A DNA stretch of 64,000 bases from an uncultured Alphaproteobacteria bacterium. Lineage in GTDB: Bacteria > Pseudomonadota > Alphaproteobacteria > ATCC43930 > CGMCC-115725. The notes beneath the pieces were generated by a model that saw only the letters and a list, made by a program, of their open reading frames with translations, was not told the DNA's origin and did not search any database. The stretch spans positions 128,076 through 192,075 of the forward strand of contig CAVTVA010000003.1 in assembly GCA_963738185.1 (NCBI GenBank), written 5' to 3'. Shown here piece by piece: positions 62,979-64,000 of this stretch (positions are counted from its first letter, which is position 1; the number at the start of each line of letters is the position of its first letter). Both the position numbers and the translations under genes were made by a program.

Positions 62979-63920
62979 GTGCTTGCCTACATCGTCAGAC
63001 GCATTCTGGCCACCGTGCCGGTCATGGCGGTGGTGGCGCTGTTTGTCTTCGCGCTGCTGCATCTGAGCCCCGGAGATCCGGCGGCGATCATCGCCGGCGA
63101 CAGTGCTACCGCGGCCGACATCGCCCGCATCCATCACGCGCTCGGGCTCGACCAGCCGCTCTATGCCCAGTTCGGCGAGTGGGTCTGGGGTCTGCTGCAC
63201 GGCGACCTCGGCGTCTCGATCTTCACCAACCTGCCGGTCTCAACCCTGATCGCGCAACGGATCGAGCCGACTGTGACCCTGACGATCTCGACTGTCCTGG
63301 TCTCGGTGCTGGCGGCGATCCCGATGGGCGTGCTGGCGGCCGCGAAGGCCGGCTCGTGGCTGGACCGCACGGTCATGGGTTTCGCCGTGCTCGGGTTTTC
63401 GGTGCCGGTGTTCGTCATCGCCTATGTGCTGATCTACCTGTTTGCGGTGCGCACCAATCTCTTGCCGGTGCAGGGCTTTGTCGGCATCGATCGCGGCTTG
63501 TGGCCGTTTCTGTCGCATCTGGTGATGCCGACCCTGGCGCTGGCGATGGTGTTTACCGCGCTGGTCGCGCGCATGACGCGCACCAGCATGCTTGACGTCC
63601 TGGGCCAGGACTATATCCGCACCGCGCAAGCCAAAGGGCTCGCCAATTTCAGGGTGCTGATCGGCCACGCGCTGAAGAACGCGGCGGTGCCGATCGTGAC
63701 CATTATCGGCATCGGCTTTGCGCTGCTGATTTCGGGGGTTGTGGTCACCGAGACCGTGTTTGCGATCCCCGGATTGGGGCGGCTTACCGTCGACGCAATC
63801 CTGAGCCGCGACTATCCGATCATTCAAGGGATCATCCTGATCTTCTCGGCCGGCTATGTGCTGGTCAATCTATTGGTCGATATCAGCTACACCTTTCTCG
63901 ACCCGCGCATCCGGTATTGA
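62979..63920 (+). CDS. ABC transporter permease (DppB/OppB-type, peptide/nickel family)
   Basis: GTG start with GAGAGGA upstream. MLAYIVRRILATVPVMAVV, IEPTVTLT, DYIRTAQAKGL, FAIPGLGRL, C-terminal DISYTFLDPRIRY. Confidence 0.88.
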   Translation: MLAYIVRRILATVPVMAVVALFVFALLHLSPGDPAAIIAGDSATAADIARIHHALGLDQPLYAQFGEWVWGLLHGDLGVSIFTNLPVSTLIAQRIEPTVTLTISTVLVSVLAAIPMGVLAAAKAGSWLDRTVMGFAVLGFSVPVFVIAYVLIYLFAVRTNLLPVQGFVGIDRGLWPFLSHLVMPTLALAMVFTALVARMTRTSMLDVLGQDYIRTAQAKGLANFRVLIGHALKNAAVPIVTIIGIGFALLISGVVVTETVFAIPGLGRLTVDAILSRDYPIIQGIILIFSAGYVLVNLLVDISYTFLDPRIRY

Positions 63921-64000
63921 GTGCCGCAACAAATGACCGCTCTTCGTCCGCATCAAAGGTCTTTCACGGACTTGTTCCCTGGGCTTTCTATCTATGGGCT

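Noticed and set aside
63921-64000. Possible start (GTG 63921 or ATG 63933) of a second ABC permease gene (DppC-like) after the DppB-like gene.
   Set aside because: Only about 25 codons are visible and they show no diagnostic motif. The operon logic is suggestive, but the sequence cannot support a call.

Overview
This is a visibly GC-rich chromosomal segment in which nearly all third codon positions are G/C. It is full of short palindromic REP-type elements of the kind I associate with Rhizobiales-like alphaproteobacteria; that taxonomic call is inference only. I can support about 52 protein-coding genes. I see no rRNA, tRNA, CRISPR array, transposase, integrase or prophage genes.

Housekeeping genes:
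- queA (cut by the window edge), ilvD, putA, thrS-infC, cydAB, queC, glyQ, pncA and nadX.

Accessory catabolic genes interleaved with them:
- Four family-III CoA-transferase paralogues and two glutathione S-transferases.
- A FadB-like enzyme, a thiolase/DUF35 pair and an acyl-CoA dehydrogenase.
- A GMC oxidoreductase and an aldehyde dehydrogenase.
- An FMN-dependent alpha-hydroxy-acid oxidase and a D-2-hydroxyacid dehydrogenase.

Observations worth a second look:
1. A secreted protein carrying the full two-motif signature of a pepsin-like bilobal aspartic peptidase (1099..2565).
2. A secreted animal-haem-peroxidase-family protein divergent from putA.
3. Two PEP-CTERM proteins, one behind a consensus sigma-54 promoter.
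4. Seven indels confined to four dispensable genes (M20 amidohydrolase, GGT, BisC-type molybdoenzyme, one deacetylase paralogue). One pair of these is compensating.
5. A pair of ~155-bp near-identical inverted repeats bracketing queC and a DUF883 gene.
6. A 17-bp tandem repeat that creates a chain of overlapping 6-codon mini-ORFs running into a TetR gene.
7. infC apparently starting at ATA.
8. AT-richer islets carrying a TylF-like methyltransferase, a GIY-YIG nuclease and an unknown 162-aa protein.
9. A 1330-aa sensor protein with two complete kinase-receiver modules.

I did not find a convincing multi-gene novel system such as a defence or secretion cluster. The items above are single-gene or structural curiosities. 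All family assignments come from motifs read by eye, with no database search or computation. Many long ORFs in the supplied track are antisense shadows or upstream extensions of real genes, and I rejected them.
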